From assembly GCA_964252035.1 (NCBI GenBank), contig OZ176207.1: a DNA stretch of 64,000 bases. One strand, written 5' to 3'. The notes under the pieces were generated by a model, which was not told the origin of the DNA, did no database searches, and was given only the letters and a program-made list of their open reading frames with translations. A program made the translations under genes and the position numbers. The stretch is from Podarcis erhardii. Taxonomy: Eukaryota. Shown piece by piece: positions 1 through 11,611 of the stretch; the stretch's first letter is position 1, and each line of letters begins with the position of its first letter.

Positions 1-332
1 CCCTACACCTCTCTCAGTGTCTGGAGTAAGAAACAATATTTTTCTCCAATGGTGTCCTAATCTACAGTCTATATACTTTCCCCCACAAAGCTGAATGGGA
101 AACAAACAAGTATTTCCCTATTGGCAAAGCTATGCCCTAAGTCCTGATTCTTGGACTGGCTGCTGGAAGAATGGAAAAGAATGTTGGGTATTGACATATG
201 AAAGCTTACTGATTACCTAATAAGTGTTTAATTGTTTTTTGGAGATCTTAACAGTTTTAGCTCCTATTAAATATTCTGCCTATGCCATCATTGCAATTAC
301 TTTTAACACAGCTACTAAAAAAATACAAGATA

Positions 333-608
333 CAGTGGTGCCCCGCAAGACGAATGCCTCGCAAGACGAAAAACCCACTAGACGAAAGGGTTTTTCGTTT
401 TTCGAGGCGCTTCGCAAGACGAATTTCCCTATGGGCTTGCTTCACAAGACGAAAACGTCTTGCGAGTCTTGCGAGTTTTTCCCCTCCCCCCCTTTTTCTA
501 AGCCGCTAATAGCGCTAATCTGCTAATAGGGATGCTTCGCAAGACGAAAAAACCACTAGACGAAGAGACTTGTGGAACGGATTATTTTCGTCTTGCGAGG
601 CACCACTG
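333..608. mobile_element. Tc1/mariner (Tigger-like) MITE
   Basis: 22-bp TIR cagtggtgcc(c/t)cgcaagacgaa with TA flanks on both sides and repeated internal cgcaagacgaa motifs. Confidence 0.9.
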
Positions 609-2528
609 TATACTGTGAAGAAATAAAGAAGTGAACATGTATTTCAGTACAGAGACCTGCACTCTGTATCTTGTAACATTTCTTTTTGCCCATGAAGGAT
701 TTTATGACATTTTAGAAGCTGACAGTGACATCTGATATATATACATGCAGTTGGGCCTAGTGTTCTCCACAAGCCTATGCTTTGAGGATGTACGTAAGCT
801 TTCAATCCCTTTTCCCCATCTGTGGCCACCCAGTGAGATATCGCAGACAACTTGTTTTGAAAGCTAAGCTTTCAGCTACAGATGCTAAGAGTGTGGTGAG
901 TGCTAAGTACTTTACTAAATAACACGTTGCTTGATGTGGAAAGAACAAGCAAACTTCACATGCAGCTCAGAAGACTCATGTGTATGTGTGTTGTGTATAT
1001 AAAAGCTGGCTTCTGCAACACCACTGAGATGAGTCCAGGATGAATCAGGCAATCATACTGAGGCTATGATTAACAATCTGGACACACAGCTAATGAATAA
1101 ACCATGGCAGGGGTGTGGGTGTGTCAGGCAATGCTATCAAATACTTATGAAATACATAAAAAATCATTAAGGAACTGCACTGAAGATAATGTATAATAAA
1201 CTATTTGGGGAAATAGGGTTGGGAGGCCATGGTTATGTGGGAAGTTAAGTGGACAAAGCATTTGTATTTTAATCAGGCTAAATAGATACTCATTTTTTCC
1301 CCAGTTACAAATACTTTGGTAGATGTCTAAGCTAACCTCAAGAACATTTTTCTTTTTAAACTACAGGACATTTGTGCTATCAAATTTACACAACTTCTAA
1401 ATCATCAAACTTAGCTTCTTAGTGGTGCTGATTTGACTCCTGGGGCTCCCTCTAATTCATCTGTAGACTTTTCAAGTAAGTCTGTTAAATAAATGTAGCT
1501 CTAAGCATCATATTTCATGCATGCTTTCACTGATGATCAAATAAAGTATCATTCAGTAACACCCAAATGAACTAACATTGCTACAGCTTTTGTGAAGAAG
1601 CATATGCAGAATGATAATCCTATGAACAGCATTTTTAAAAAAAATCTTCCTGTAGTATGTAGCCCAACAATAGGCAAACTGACTAATTTGGGCTTTGAGA
1701 GTAGGAACACAAAGCAAATCTATATGAATTTTGAATGTCACTATATATCAATGAAGTGGACACCTGTCTATTTGTCTGCCTCCCACCACAAAATAGGCAT
1801 TAGCACATTTGTCACATTTAACAAACGAGTCTGACATGATTTCCTTTTTGAAATTTCCATTTAGGATCTTTTGCTCTGTGTGAAGCCACTTTCAAGATCA
1901 CGGGAAACTACTCTAGATCAAAACGCAATTAAATGATTTGTCCAAAAAGCACCAATTATTAATTACTTAGCAGAAAACAATTTTACCCACACAGAAGACT
2001 AAGCAAATCCTTGGAAGAAGATGGAGAAAACAAGCTAGTCTTCTAGGTCCCTAACAGAAACGGGGTTAGGGAAACAGAAACGGGGTTACCTATAGTCTCT
2101 GTAGGTAATAGAGCTGGCAAGGGGGAGACGTCTTTGGACGTCCAGAAGACGAGGGACAACAGATCCTATCTATTACTGACTACTGGCTGTGCTGAAATTG
2201 GAGTCTAGCAACTTCTGGAGGGCCACAAGTTTCCTATCAGAATGCTTGTTTGCTGTCTTTCAACGTGTTCCATCAAGACAGGAAGTGAAAAGGCAGGTGG
2301 CTGCAAGGTAAAATAATGAGAAGTGGGCAGAACTCAAAATGGTATAAAGTGGGATGGGGTGCCTTCCTGTTACTTTTCAATGGCCATGACTGAGCGAATT
2401 TGAAACAAAGCTATCTAACTAGCTTTCTTCTCCCACTTCAATCTCTGACAATAAAAAACTTCCTGGAGCAATCAAGACATATCCCTGGGAAGGGGAGGGA
2501 TAGTTGAGCACTCTAGAAAGCAATTGTA

Positions 2529-2771
2529 CAGTGGAACCTTGGCTGTCAAACGTAATCTGTTCCGGAAGACCATTCAACTTCCAAAACATTCGACAGCCGA
2601 GGCACAAAGGGCTGCCGGCAATTTCAATGGTGAAAATTGAGAAACGCGCCTCAGAAGCCGTTCAACTTCCAAGGTGTGTTTTCGAAAATGGAAGCAATTA
2701 CTTCTGGGTTTTCGGCATTCAGGTTCCGAAACGTTCGGCTTCTGAGATGCTTGAAAACCGAAGTTCCACTG
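2529..2771. mobile_element. Tc1/mariner (Tigger-like) MITE
   Basis: Ends are cagtggaacc and aagttccactg, with TA flanks. Confidence 0.8.
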
Positions 2772-3288
2772 TACATTCTTTAACAACTCCTTGTATCTTT
2801 ATGCATGCCTGAAACTCGTATGTTATGTAGAATACAGAGGGCAAATTGAGGTTTACTGCCCATTATTATGTCAAAACCTTAATTTAATTAAGCATACTAG
2901 ATATAAACAGTGTATGAATCCACTTCAACCACTGATTTGACACAGTAGAGCTGAGCACTGAACGAAAGGCCAAAAATATACACATATAACAAAAGCACAG
3001 TAGTCATTTGCCACAAGTGTTTCCCTGGAAAGGTTAATTAGAGGAAACCTGGAGAGGTCACTGCAGAGGTAGCTACCCTGAGCTGACGTGTATTCTATGA
3101 CCGGAAAGGCAGGCAAGGCTTTTTTTGGACTTCTAAAGGATTTTCTCTAAAATTTGCAAATCAGTAAAACTGGAGAACAAGCCAATGAGGACCCTTCATA
3201 GATATATAGTGGAGACAGCATTTTCATGAACAACAGTATCCAATAAAAATATTTTTATTGTATTAATATAAGGTGGAGAATATAGTAC

Positions 3289-3697
3289 CTTCAATATTGT
3301 GCTGCAATTCCTCCATTTTAGGGGAAAAGATTCTGATTACGCCAGTATTGATATAAATAAGCGGCAAGTTCCGAGATGTGAGAATATGAGTCCTCATAGG
3401 TTGGCCTGGCGATTTTCTTTTCTCTTTTTGGCTTCTTGGCAGTTTTGCCTGAAATATACTTGCAATTGCATTGAGAAAAGGAAAACAGAGGACAACATCA
3501 AATGCCTGAGCCGAGAGAAGAATCTCATGAAGGAAATGAGGAGAACCATCAGTGAAACTTTCAGATAATTTATGCAAGGTTCTTCGCTCATTTCTTGAAA
3601 TCAATTTGTGACGGACATTTTTTGTAACTGCCTTTGTGTAAGTCAGTGACAGAAATCCATGTTGCTGATGAGAACCATCCAAAAGTTTTGCAGTTGC
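3289..3697 (-). CDS. VPS13B: VPS13B coding exon (~29), 409 nt, phase 0->1
   Basis: gatacag|GCAACTGC...ATTGAAG|gtacta. Translates ATAKLLDGSHQQHGFLSLTYTKAVTKNVRHKL...DGSPHFLHEILLSAQAFD...MRTHILTSRNLPLIYINT...NIE. Confidence 0.97.
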
Positions 3698-4928
3698 CTG
3701 TATCAGGAAATAGAAATTGTGAGAAATAAGTAATCCATTTGCACTGTGTAAAAATTAGGAGAACTTTTGTCAAACAACCCTTTCATTTTTTATTTCTTTT
3801 CAGCTATACACTTCCCTGAACATCAGATGAAAAGGTTTCTGTGAATATGTAGTACATGTTAACTACCATGGCTACTCTTAGAACTGATTCAAATACAAAT
3901 ATACATACAATTGATATTTTAAAATGCATTTGTTTCAGATCAGGGTATGCTGACTTTGACATCTTTCTGTTCAGATGCAATGAACTATAGCAAGCTTCAG
4001 GCTCACATGCCTCATTGACCTCATTTGTGTGCAAGAGCAGAATGAAAGTTTCCCCTTTTAGTTTTCAATATACAGCTGTTTTCTATTACATCCAAACTCT
4101 GAAAACTATGGTTTAATCTTGATTTCCCAACAAGCCACAGTTAAAATAAACTGGACTTGGAAGTATGGAGGTATTCAAAACCAAGAATGGAAGCTTTGAT
4201 TTCCCCTTTGCACACAAAGAAGGAGGCAGAGCTCACTACAAGTCACTGTCATAGCATTTTGTCTGAACCAGACCTTCTGAATGAAGATTTGACCTAATAT
4301 CTATCCATTATGTTCCTACTAGTTTGAAAAGACAAATGTGAAAAATGCATCTATTTTGGTGCGAAACAGAGTAGTGCTAATCTTACTGGAAAGGGCAATG
4401 GTGGGAAATTTGACTTTCTGTGCTTGCAGAGAACCAAAATCCCACCAAAGCCAATAGCAGAATAGTCAACGAATTGACTCTATGAGGTCTAATCCAAATT
4501 TCTGCAGGAACCCCATTCATTTCAATAACAGTGGAATTTCCATTCATACAATGGAAATGAGAATGTGCAACCCTTTGTGTGAAATCAATGGGGAAATCCT
4601 TGTTTAAACAGGAGCTTTGCAAATAGAATAATGTTCCTGTACGTTCAATGAATTTGGACATATTCTTTTTATGTTCTACTAAGACACATGTATCTCGGCC
4701 CAATTAGCTAATAGCACAAATAGCTCTTTATACATTTTCAAACAATGTCATTCAGATACACTTGATTATTTAGTTACATTTATGCAATTATTTTTTTTAA
4801 AAATGGTAAAGAATTAGTAAATTAGCTTCATTTGTGTTAGAATGAAGTAACTTGGATAAGTAGCAACAGTAATTTTGCATGTACATGTTCTTGTCAGAAA
4901 ATAATCATGGAGAACAGAACTTCCACTA

Positions 4929-4930
4929 AC

Positions 4931-4960
<30 letters not shown>
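4929..4960. repeat. (AAT)n microsatellite
   Basis: Tandem aat run. Confidence 0.9.
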
Positions 4961-4961
<1 letters not shown>

Positions 4962-6242
4962 CTCCCTTGCTGGGTTTCTTAACTGATGCTGGGTCTGTTC
5001 ATTCATTACTCTCCATGGGGAAAAAAATCTCAACTTAGTTAAAATCTCAGGCTCTTTCTCACCTCGAGCCCTTGAAAAAATAACAAGGGGACCAGACTGT
5101 ACTGTGTTTATCTCCCTGGCTATTTGATCTGTTGAATGATAAGTACATTTTCAGTTAGGTGGTCAGGGAGACGCCATAATCAAATAGTCAGATTTTTTTT
5201 TTCTGCCACGGGAGAGGAAGGTGTGATCACACACCACAGGTGGACACCAAGTTGAAATTTCTCACTGGAAAGTAACATGTGATTTACTTCCAATAAATGG
5301 AACATCTTAAGATTCACATCCTAAATATACAAATATAAATAATGCATATGTGGATGTCTGAAATCTGGACCCTTTGTAAAAATCTACATGGCGTACATAG
5401 ATGCACTGGTCCATTAGGGAAAAAACCCCTAAAGCCATAGTCAGTGCTTTTTTTTCAGGGGGGGGGGGGAGACACAGGAATATGCATACCCCTAAACATT
5501 TTGAGAATCTTTGTACTTTTGTCCATTTACTGTATTTATTTTTCCAGATTTGAACTATAAAATGGTGATTTTCTTGAGTCAAAATGAGAGTGAGCATTTT
5601 TTTAAATTTTATTTTTTAAGGAAAAAAACACTGGCCACAGTAGAATAACCCATTTTCCCCAGACCAATTGTTGGTATCCAAAGTCACAAAAAATTGGTAG
5701 TCTATGTATCTTTAAAGCTGAGAGTAGTTCTCTCCACCCACGTCACTTTTTTGGGCTGCTTAATCCACAGTGTCTGAAGAAGAGTTCTGGACAACTTTAA
5801 AGCCTCATCACTAGTTTGTGGAATTTTAGCTGGACCTAATAAAACCAATTATCTGCAGCTTTGAATTTTAGTAATATGTTTGCTTAAGCCATGCTCAGAG
5901 CAGAGCCACCAAAATCAATGGACTCAAATATTTCAGGAGTTATCCAGAACCTATGCATGATAGTGTAAAACATCAAAGTGACCTCTCCTTTAGGGTCACA
6001 TTTGTAACATACAAAGATGCTCAAGTGAATATTCTTCCTTTGCTCTGCAGCCATCCTTTTTCCCAACTGTGTAGACAGACCACACTTGTTGCCAGAACAT
6101 TACTGGGGGAGAGAGGCTATTTTAGAACAAAATAAAAACACCAGCTTGATAAAGAAGCTTTTGCATGAGTAGCTGTTCATCATTCTAAACCACTGTTTGT
6201 TAATGGAAGTTCTGTAATATACATATTGCATTGATTTCTTAC

Positions 6243-6384
6243 AGAGGGAAAGAAGCCAGAGAAGTTACTGAAAGGGTCCTGCTTGCTGACGGGTCGAACC
6301 AACAATGTACGTCTGTTCAGCTTGTCAGTACAGGAAAGGAAGACACCTCCACATTTCCCCAGAGACCAAGAGTCTTCCCCAAAG
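6243..6384 (-). CDS. VPS13B: VPS13B mutually exclusive exon B, 142 nt, phase 2->0
   Basis: cctcaag|CTTTGGGG...CCCTCT|gtaaga. Translates (S)FGEDSWSLGKCGGVFLSCTDKLNRRTLLVRPVSKQDPFSNFSGFFPS, matching the recalled human 4022-aa isoform exon. Confidence 0.93.
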
Positions 6385-6909
6385 CTTGAGGTGATGCAGG
6401 CAAAAAAGCAAAAAAGAAATATAAAGCCATAAGGGGGGGAAATCATATATTTTAAAACTAAGCTGAATTCGGCCAATATCCATTGCAGGCTTTGCAAGTC
6501 CTTCACCTCAAAAATCACAATTCAATTCAATCAAAAGAAGGAAATCATAAACTTGAAACTTGCCACAGTCTAATTATTTGGCAGGAGAATAAAAAATTAT
6601 CAGGAATTAAAGTAGAGCAGGACTCTCCCTAGGTAATGACTAAGTGTAATTTGATTTGCAATTAATTATAAAAAGGGAACAGAAGCTTTATTAGAATGGA
6701 AAGAGATGGAGTGCAAGAACTAATGGACTTTTTAAAAGTTGGAAATTGTATTTTCTCCTTTTCCACAAGAACAAATTGACTTTTTAAAAGCTATTGGTGG
6801 TTTATACCATAATTCTTGCAGTCCTTCACCCTTCTGCATGAGAAAAAAAATGTTTAGATTTTAGGATAGTTATTTGGTTAAATATCTTATTCTGCTACAA
6901 AAATCTCAC

Positions 6910-6976
6910 CACAAGTTTTTCTTTGCATTGTAGGAATATGCCTTCAAAAAGTCCAGACTGCCAACCTTCTCCTGGT
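6910..6976 (-). CDS. VPS13B: VPS13B mutually exclusive exon A, 67 nt, phase 2->0
   Basis: ttttccag|ACCAGGAG...CTTGTG|gtgaga. Translates (R)PGEGWQSGLFEGIFLQCKEKLV, matching the recalled human 3997-aa isoform exon RPGEGWQSGHFEGVFLQCKEKSV. Confidence 0.93.
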
Positions 6977-7908
6977 CTGGAAAACACAACATTCACCTTA
7001 TCTGTTCTCTGCAGCTGGTCAGAATCTATACATTTAAACTACATGAAACTATATTTTGAATATTTTAAAAAATATATATAGTAGTCATTCTGATTTGCAA
7101 ATCAAACTGTAGAAACCCACCAGTGTTAAGCAATTTTACATTGGAAGATTAGCATCAAGAAAAGAATACTACTATTTTTAATACGGAATTTAGCCAACTG
7201 AAACCCCTCAGCATTTGCACTAAATCTGTAGACAGAAGGAGTATTTTAATAATGTGGATAGATATATGAAAATCATGCTGAATTAATTACTATAATACAT
7301 GTAGGGTATTTTTTTTTAAAAAAAAAGTTACACTATTGGAAGAATGAGAAGAAAAAACTAAGAAAATTGTTTACTGTCAGATTGCAAGCCTTTTTTCACT
7401 AGAGCATGCTAAGGTTTCGGTGCACAGATATTTCCTAATTCCACAGGCTGCTTGTTATTGCTGCAAAATTTCACACAAGTATTGTCATAAACACAATAAC
7501 TCCAAAAGGTGATAGTTAATGTGAAATACAAAACATCAGCTTCTGGTTTCATAGTTATGAAATCCAGCTTCGTGTCTTAAGCTAACCACCATGATAAAAT
7601 GATTAAACCTAATATCAAACCTACAGATATTAGCAGAGGCATGTTCTTTGTCAAAGTGAGTATATTCTTCTTATTAGAACTAATGCTGCTTTCTTCCACG
7701 TGCAAATTGCGGCAAAGCAATATCACTTCAAATCATCTCTTTTTTATTTGTATTATTATTACTACCACTAAAGACAGAGGTGACTAATCAGCAGCCCACT
7801 GGCCATATTTGAGAATCCAATCTGTTTTTGTGGCCTGCCAAAATGTGTAATTTCAAAAAGCACGTTAAAAATATTAGAGATTTCTATTTACACACACACA
7901 CACACACA

Positions 7909-8287
7909 CAAAACAAATTCCTTCCAGTAGCACCTTAAAGACCAACTAAGTCAGTTCTTGGTATGAGCTTTCGTGTGCATGCACACTTCTTCAGATACAC
8001 TGAAATAGAAGTTTCCAGACCCTTCTATATAGTGAGAAGGTGGGGAGGGGTATTACTCAGAAGGTTGGTGGGAATGGGTGATTGGCAGATAGCTGTGATG
8101 AGCCTGTTGACGACTCTTAACGACTGCAATAGGTCTTACAGGAAAAAGCAAGGGGTGAAAAGGTGAAAAATGGCTTTGTCATGTATAATGAGATAAGAAT
8201 CCAAGGTCTTTGTTCAGACCAGGTTTCTCCATGGTTTTGAGTTTGGTGATAAGTTGTAATTCAGCAGCTTCTCTTTCCAGTCTATCT

Positions 8288-8292
<5 letters not shown>
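7909..8292 (-). mobile_element. Penelope-like element 3' fragment inserted in a (CA)n tract
   Basis: Near-identical to 10691-11065 (2 differences seen). Encodes the GIY-YIG C-terminus RLEREAAELQLITKLKTMEKPGLNKDLGFLSHYT* and is flanked by (CA)n on both sides. Confidence 0.9.
7961..7998 (-). ncRNA. Minimal hammerhead ribozyme motif in Penelope terminal repeat
   Basis: Minus strand GUAU CUGAAGA A GUGUGC AU GCACAC GAAAG CUC AUAC: conserved core, stem II, 4-bp stem I, palindromic AGCU stem III. Confidence 0.8.
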
Positions 8293-8326
<34 letters not shown>

Positions 8327-8549
8327 CTATGATGCCATGGTGCCATTAGGCTTTTTGTGGGGCACCCCATGCCTCCCCATCTGAAAAAATTCCATTATTT
8401 TTTATTTTATTTGCTGGATGAGTAATGGAGTGATAAACATATTTTATTTAAAATTGTGTAGAATAGCTGATGGGAAAGACCTTTGGAAGCTTTGAGAATG
8501 GGAAGATGGAAGCTTACTGCGTCCAAGTGAGTTGTAATTCCTCTTAACT

Positions 8550-9128
8550 TTTCAGAAGGCAGGAAATCACCATTGCTGACAGCCTCCGCCTCTGCTGAAC
8601 CTCGGTTGTGTTTCATGCCAGTGCTGAGCATAATGTACAATAAAGGGAAGGAGAATGAAAGAAACAAAGAACACCCCAGAACACAGACTCTGTAAGGAAG
8701 GGGGAGGGAGTGCAGAGACCCAGTTAAGAGAAGAGTAGCATCTATATGTGATTAGTTGCAACCACCTAGCAGAGTGTGGCCCTGGACACCAGCAAGGGAC
8801 TCAGCTCAGAATAATGTTCATGGTAAGTTTCCAATACTGTATTCTAATATGAGCATGGGAAGTGCGTCCGTTATATATACCCCAGCTAACCTCTGATAGG
8901 TGGCCGTGTATGGTCTACAACAGCAATCGTCTCCCAGAGATGTATGGCAGAAAAGGCAGATGAGGATGTTGGCTGCTCTAGTGGAATGTGCTGTTGGATA
9001 GTGGCACTGAGGTTAAAAAGAGAAGTATGCATTGGAAAGGGGCAAGCAATGCAGGAAATGAAACGGAGGTTCAGCAGAGGGAGGAGCTGCTGGCAAAAAT
9101 GAGTTAATCTCATTCTCTGCTTTCTAAG
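8550..9128. mobile_element. Unclassified old element bounded by ~60-bp imperfect inverted repeats
   Basis: cctctgctgaacctcggtt at ~8588 is inverted to aacggaggttcagcagagg at 9062, and weaker similarity extends outward. Confidence 0.4.
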
Positions 9129-9320
9129 TGGTAGAAGGAACCCCTTGACACCTCTAATGCTCAACCCAGAGCTGCAGTTATCCTCACACCCACTTTCACA
9201 CTTCAGCCGTGCCCACTTTAAGATGCAGCCCCTGAAATGTTGATCATGAGTCAATGCCTGAAACGGGTTAGCCACCCCAATAAAAAAGAAGAGTAAAATG
9301 TTTCCAAATGAGCACTAACA

Positions 9321-9359
<39 letters not shown>
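9321..9359. repeat. (AAT)13 microsatellite
   Basis: Perfect run starting ~22 nt into the intron after the exon 9382 donor. Confidence 0.95.
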
Positions 9360-9360
<1 letters not shown>

Positions 9361-9381
9361 CACATAAGGTGTGGTTGCTAC

Positions 9382-9496
9382 CTGTTTCTGTAGTGATCAA
9401 TATTGAAGCTTTCTATTTTACATTTGACTTTGGTGTAGACATCTTGTACATCTACTGAGGCACTGAGGTCTTCTAATTCACCAACAACACATATTT
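9382..9496 (-). CDS. VPS13B: VPS13B coding exon (~27), 115 nt, phase 1->2
   Basis: actgcag|AAATATGT...AGAAACAG|gtagca. Translates (E)ICVVGELEDLSASVDVQDVYTKVKCKIESFNIDHYRN. Confidence 0.96.
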
Positions 9497-10287
9497 CTGC
9501 AGTATAAATAAATATCCAATGAAAATAAGCCATGAGTTCGAACCCTTAAGAAGTTGTGATTTTATATATGCATCGACCACATTTTATTCAAAGTTCTCTA
9601 CCCCAAAAATGAAGTCTTCCTATACAGCTATTGCAGGTATTCCATAAAAGGTGGCAAGTTGGATTGCAAAGGACTAGCTCTGCAGCTAATTCCGGCTGCT
9701 TGGCACTAATTCCAGCTGCTTGGCACTTGACTGCACACCCTACATTTAGCAGGGATCAGTTGCATTTGGGGGCTCTCAACTGGGAACTCCAAAGTGCAGC
9801 TGATCCATGCAGGGGTTGCAGTCAGTGCTGATAAGCTTTTGCCAGGGAAAGACTGCACTCTGGAGTTCCTGAGTGAGACCGACACAAGGGGAGCTTGCAT
9901 TTGGTACCTTGTTTGAAGGGCATCAAATACAAGCCCTGCTTGTCAAGGAACAACTGAGACCATACTTTGAGGCCTCCTTCTCTCTGCAGTGCCTTCTGCC
10001 CTCTGAAAAACTACTCCAGGTGGTTATGGAATTCAGTGGAGCATTATGGGAGGTGAGACTGGGGGCTGGGGAGCTGCAATAGAAAAGTGGAATCTTAAAA
10101 GTCCTCTCTACAACTTATTCTGATAGGAGTCCCTGATTGGTCTCAGATCTTTCTGTGAACACAAGGAGCCCTTCCATTTGTAGGAGGGCAATTCTGGATC
10201 TAACCCCAAATATATAAGCAATCTCCAAGCAGCCAAAAAAAAAATAAAAAAAATATGCAGCATTTGCCAAACACTAATCTGTTGCAA

Positions 10288-10649
10288 GGGACGCGGGTGG
10301 CGCTGTGGGTAAAACCTCAGCGCCTAGGACTAGCCAGTTGCATGGTCGGCGGTTCGAATCCCCGCGGCGGGGTGAGCTCCTGTCATTCGGTCCCAGCTCC
10401 TGCCCACCTAGCAGTTCGAAAGCACCCTTAAGTGCAAGTAGATAAATAGGTACCGCTTTATAGCAGGAAGGTAAACGGCATTTCCGTGTGCTGCTCTGGT
10501 GCCGGTTCGCCAGAGCAGCTTCGTCACGCTGGCCACGTGACCCGGAAGTGTCTGCGGACAGCGCTGGCTCCCGGCCTCTAGAGTGAGATGAGTGCACAAC
10601 CCTAGAGTCTGTCAAGACTGGCCCGTACGGGCAGGGGTACCTTTACCTT
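10288..10649 (+). mobile_element. Sauria SINE (Squam1)
   Basis: tRNA-like head (ggtggcgctgtggg ... ggttcgaatccc), (accttt)n tail, 13-bp TSD taatctgttgcaa at 10275-10287 and 10650-10662. Confidence 0.92.
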
Positions 10650-10742
10650 TAATCTGTTGCAAAGGTTGGATGTATTGGCTGGAAAAAGAACAAAACAAAT
10701 TCCTTCCAGTAGCACCTTAAAGACCAACTAAGTCAGTTCTTG

Positions 10743-10780
10743 GTATGAGCTTTCGTGTGCATGCACACTTCTTCAGATAC
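10743..10780 (-). ncRNA. Minimal hammerhead ribozyme motif
   Basis: Reverse complement reads gtatctgaagaagtgtgcatgcacacgaaagctcatac. Confidence 0.8.
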
Positions 10781-10960
10781 ACTGAAACAGAAGTTTCCAG
10801 ACCCTTCTATATAGTGAGAAGGTGGGGAGGGGTATTACTCAGAAGGGTGGTGGGAATGGGTGATTGGCAGATAGCTGTGATGAGCCTGTTGACGACTCTT
10901 AACGACTGCAATAGGTCTTACAGGAAAAAGCAAGGGGTGAAAAGGTGAAAAATGGCTTTG

Positions 10961-11410
10961 TCATGTATAATGAGATAAGAATCCAAGGTCTTTGTTCAGA
11001 CCAGGTTTCTCCATGGTTTTGAGTTTGGTGATAAGTTGTAATTCAGCAGCTTCTCTTTCCAGTCTATTTCTGAAATTCCTCTGTAGTAAAACAGCTACTT
11101 TGAGATCTTCTATAGAATGTCCTGGGAGATTGAAATGTTCTCCTACTGGTTTCTCTGTCTTGTGATTCCTGATGTCTGATTTATGTCCGTTTATTCTTTG
11201 GCGTAAGGTCTGGCCTGTTTGTCCAATATAGAGAGCTGAAGGACACTGTTGGCATTTTATGGCATACACAATGTTAGACGATGAGCAATTAAATAGTCCC
11301 GAGATGGTATGTGTGATGTTGTTGGGGCCAGTAATGGTGTTGTCCGGGTGTATGTGGCAGCAAAGTTGGCATCTGGGTTTATTGCAGGCTCTGGTGCCAG
11401 TGTCCGTGGA
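10961..11410 (-). pseudogene. Penelope GIY-YIG endonuclease domain, 5'-truncated open frame
   Basis: ...ACNKPRCQLCCHI...NCSSSNIVYAIKCQQCPSALYIGQTGQTLRQRINGHKSDIR...EHFNLPGH...REAAE. Cys linker plus VYAI-x-YIG motif typical of Penelope-like elements. Confidence 0.9.
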
Positions 11411-11611
11411 TTCTTATCTCATTATACATGACAAAGCCATTTTTCACCTTCTCACCCCTTGCTTTTTCCTGTAAGACCTATTGCAGTCGTTAAGAGTCGT
11501 CAACAGGCTCATCACAGCTATCTGCCAATCACCCATTCCCACCACCCTTCTGAGTAATACCCCTCCCCACCTTCTCACTATATAGAAGGGTCTGGAAACT
11601 TCTGTTTCAGT

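Noticed and set aside
333-608. Regularly recurring cgcaagacgaa motifs resembling a CRISPR-like array
   Set aside because: They are sub-terminal repeats of a TIR/TA MITE. There are no unique spacers of constant length and no cas genes, and the DNA is vertebrate.
6180-6242. Read-through of exon B donor giving VRNQCNMYITELPLTNSGLE*, like a truncated isoform
   Set aside because: The VRN is just the gtaagaaat donor sequence. There is no nearby poly(A) signal on the minus strand and no transcript evidence.
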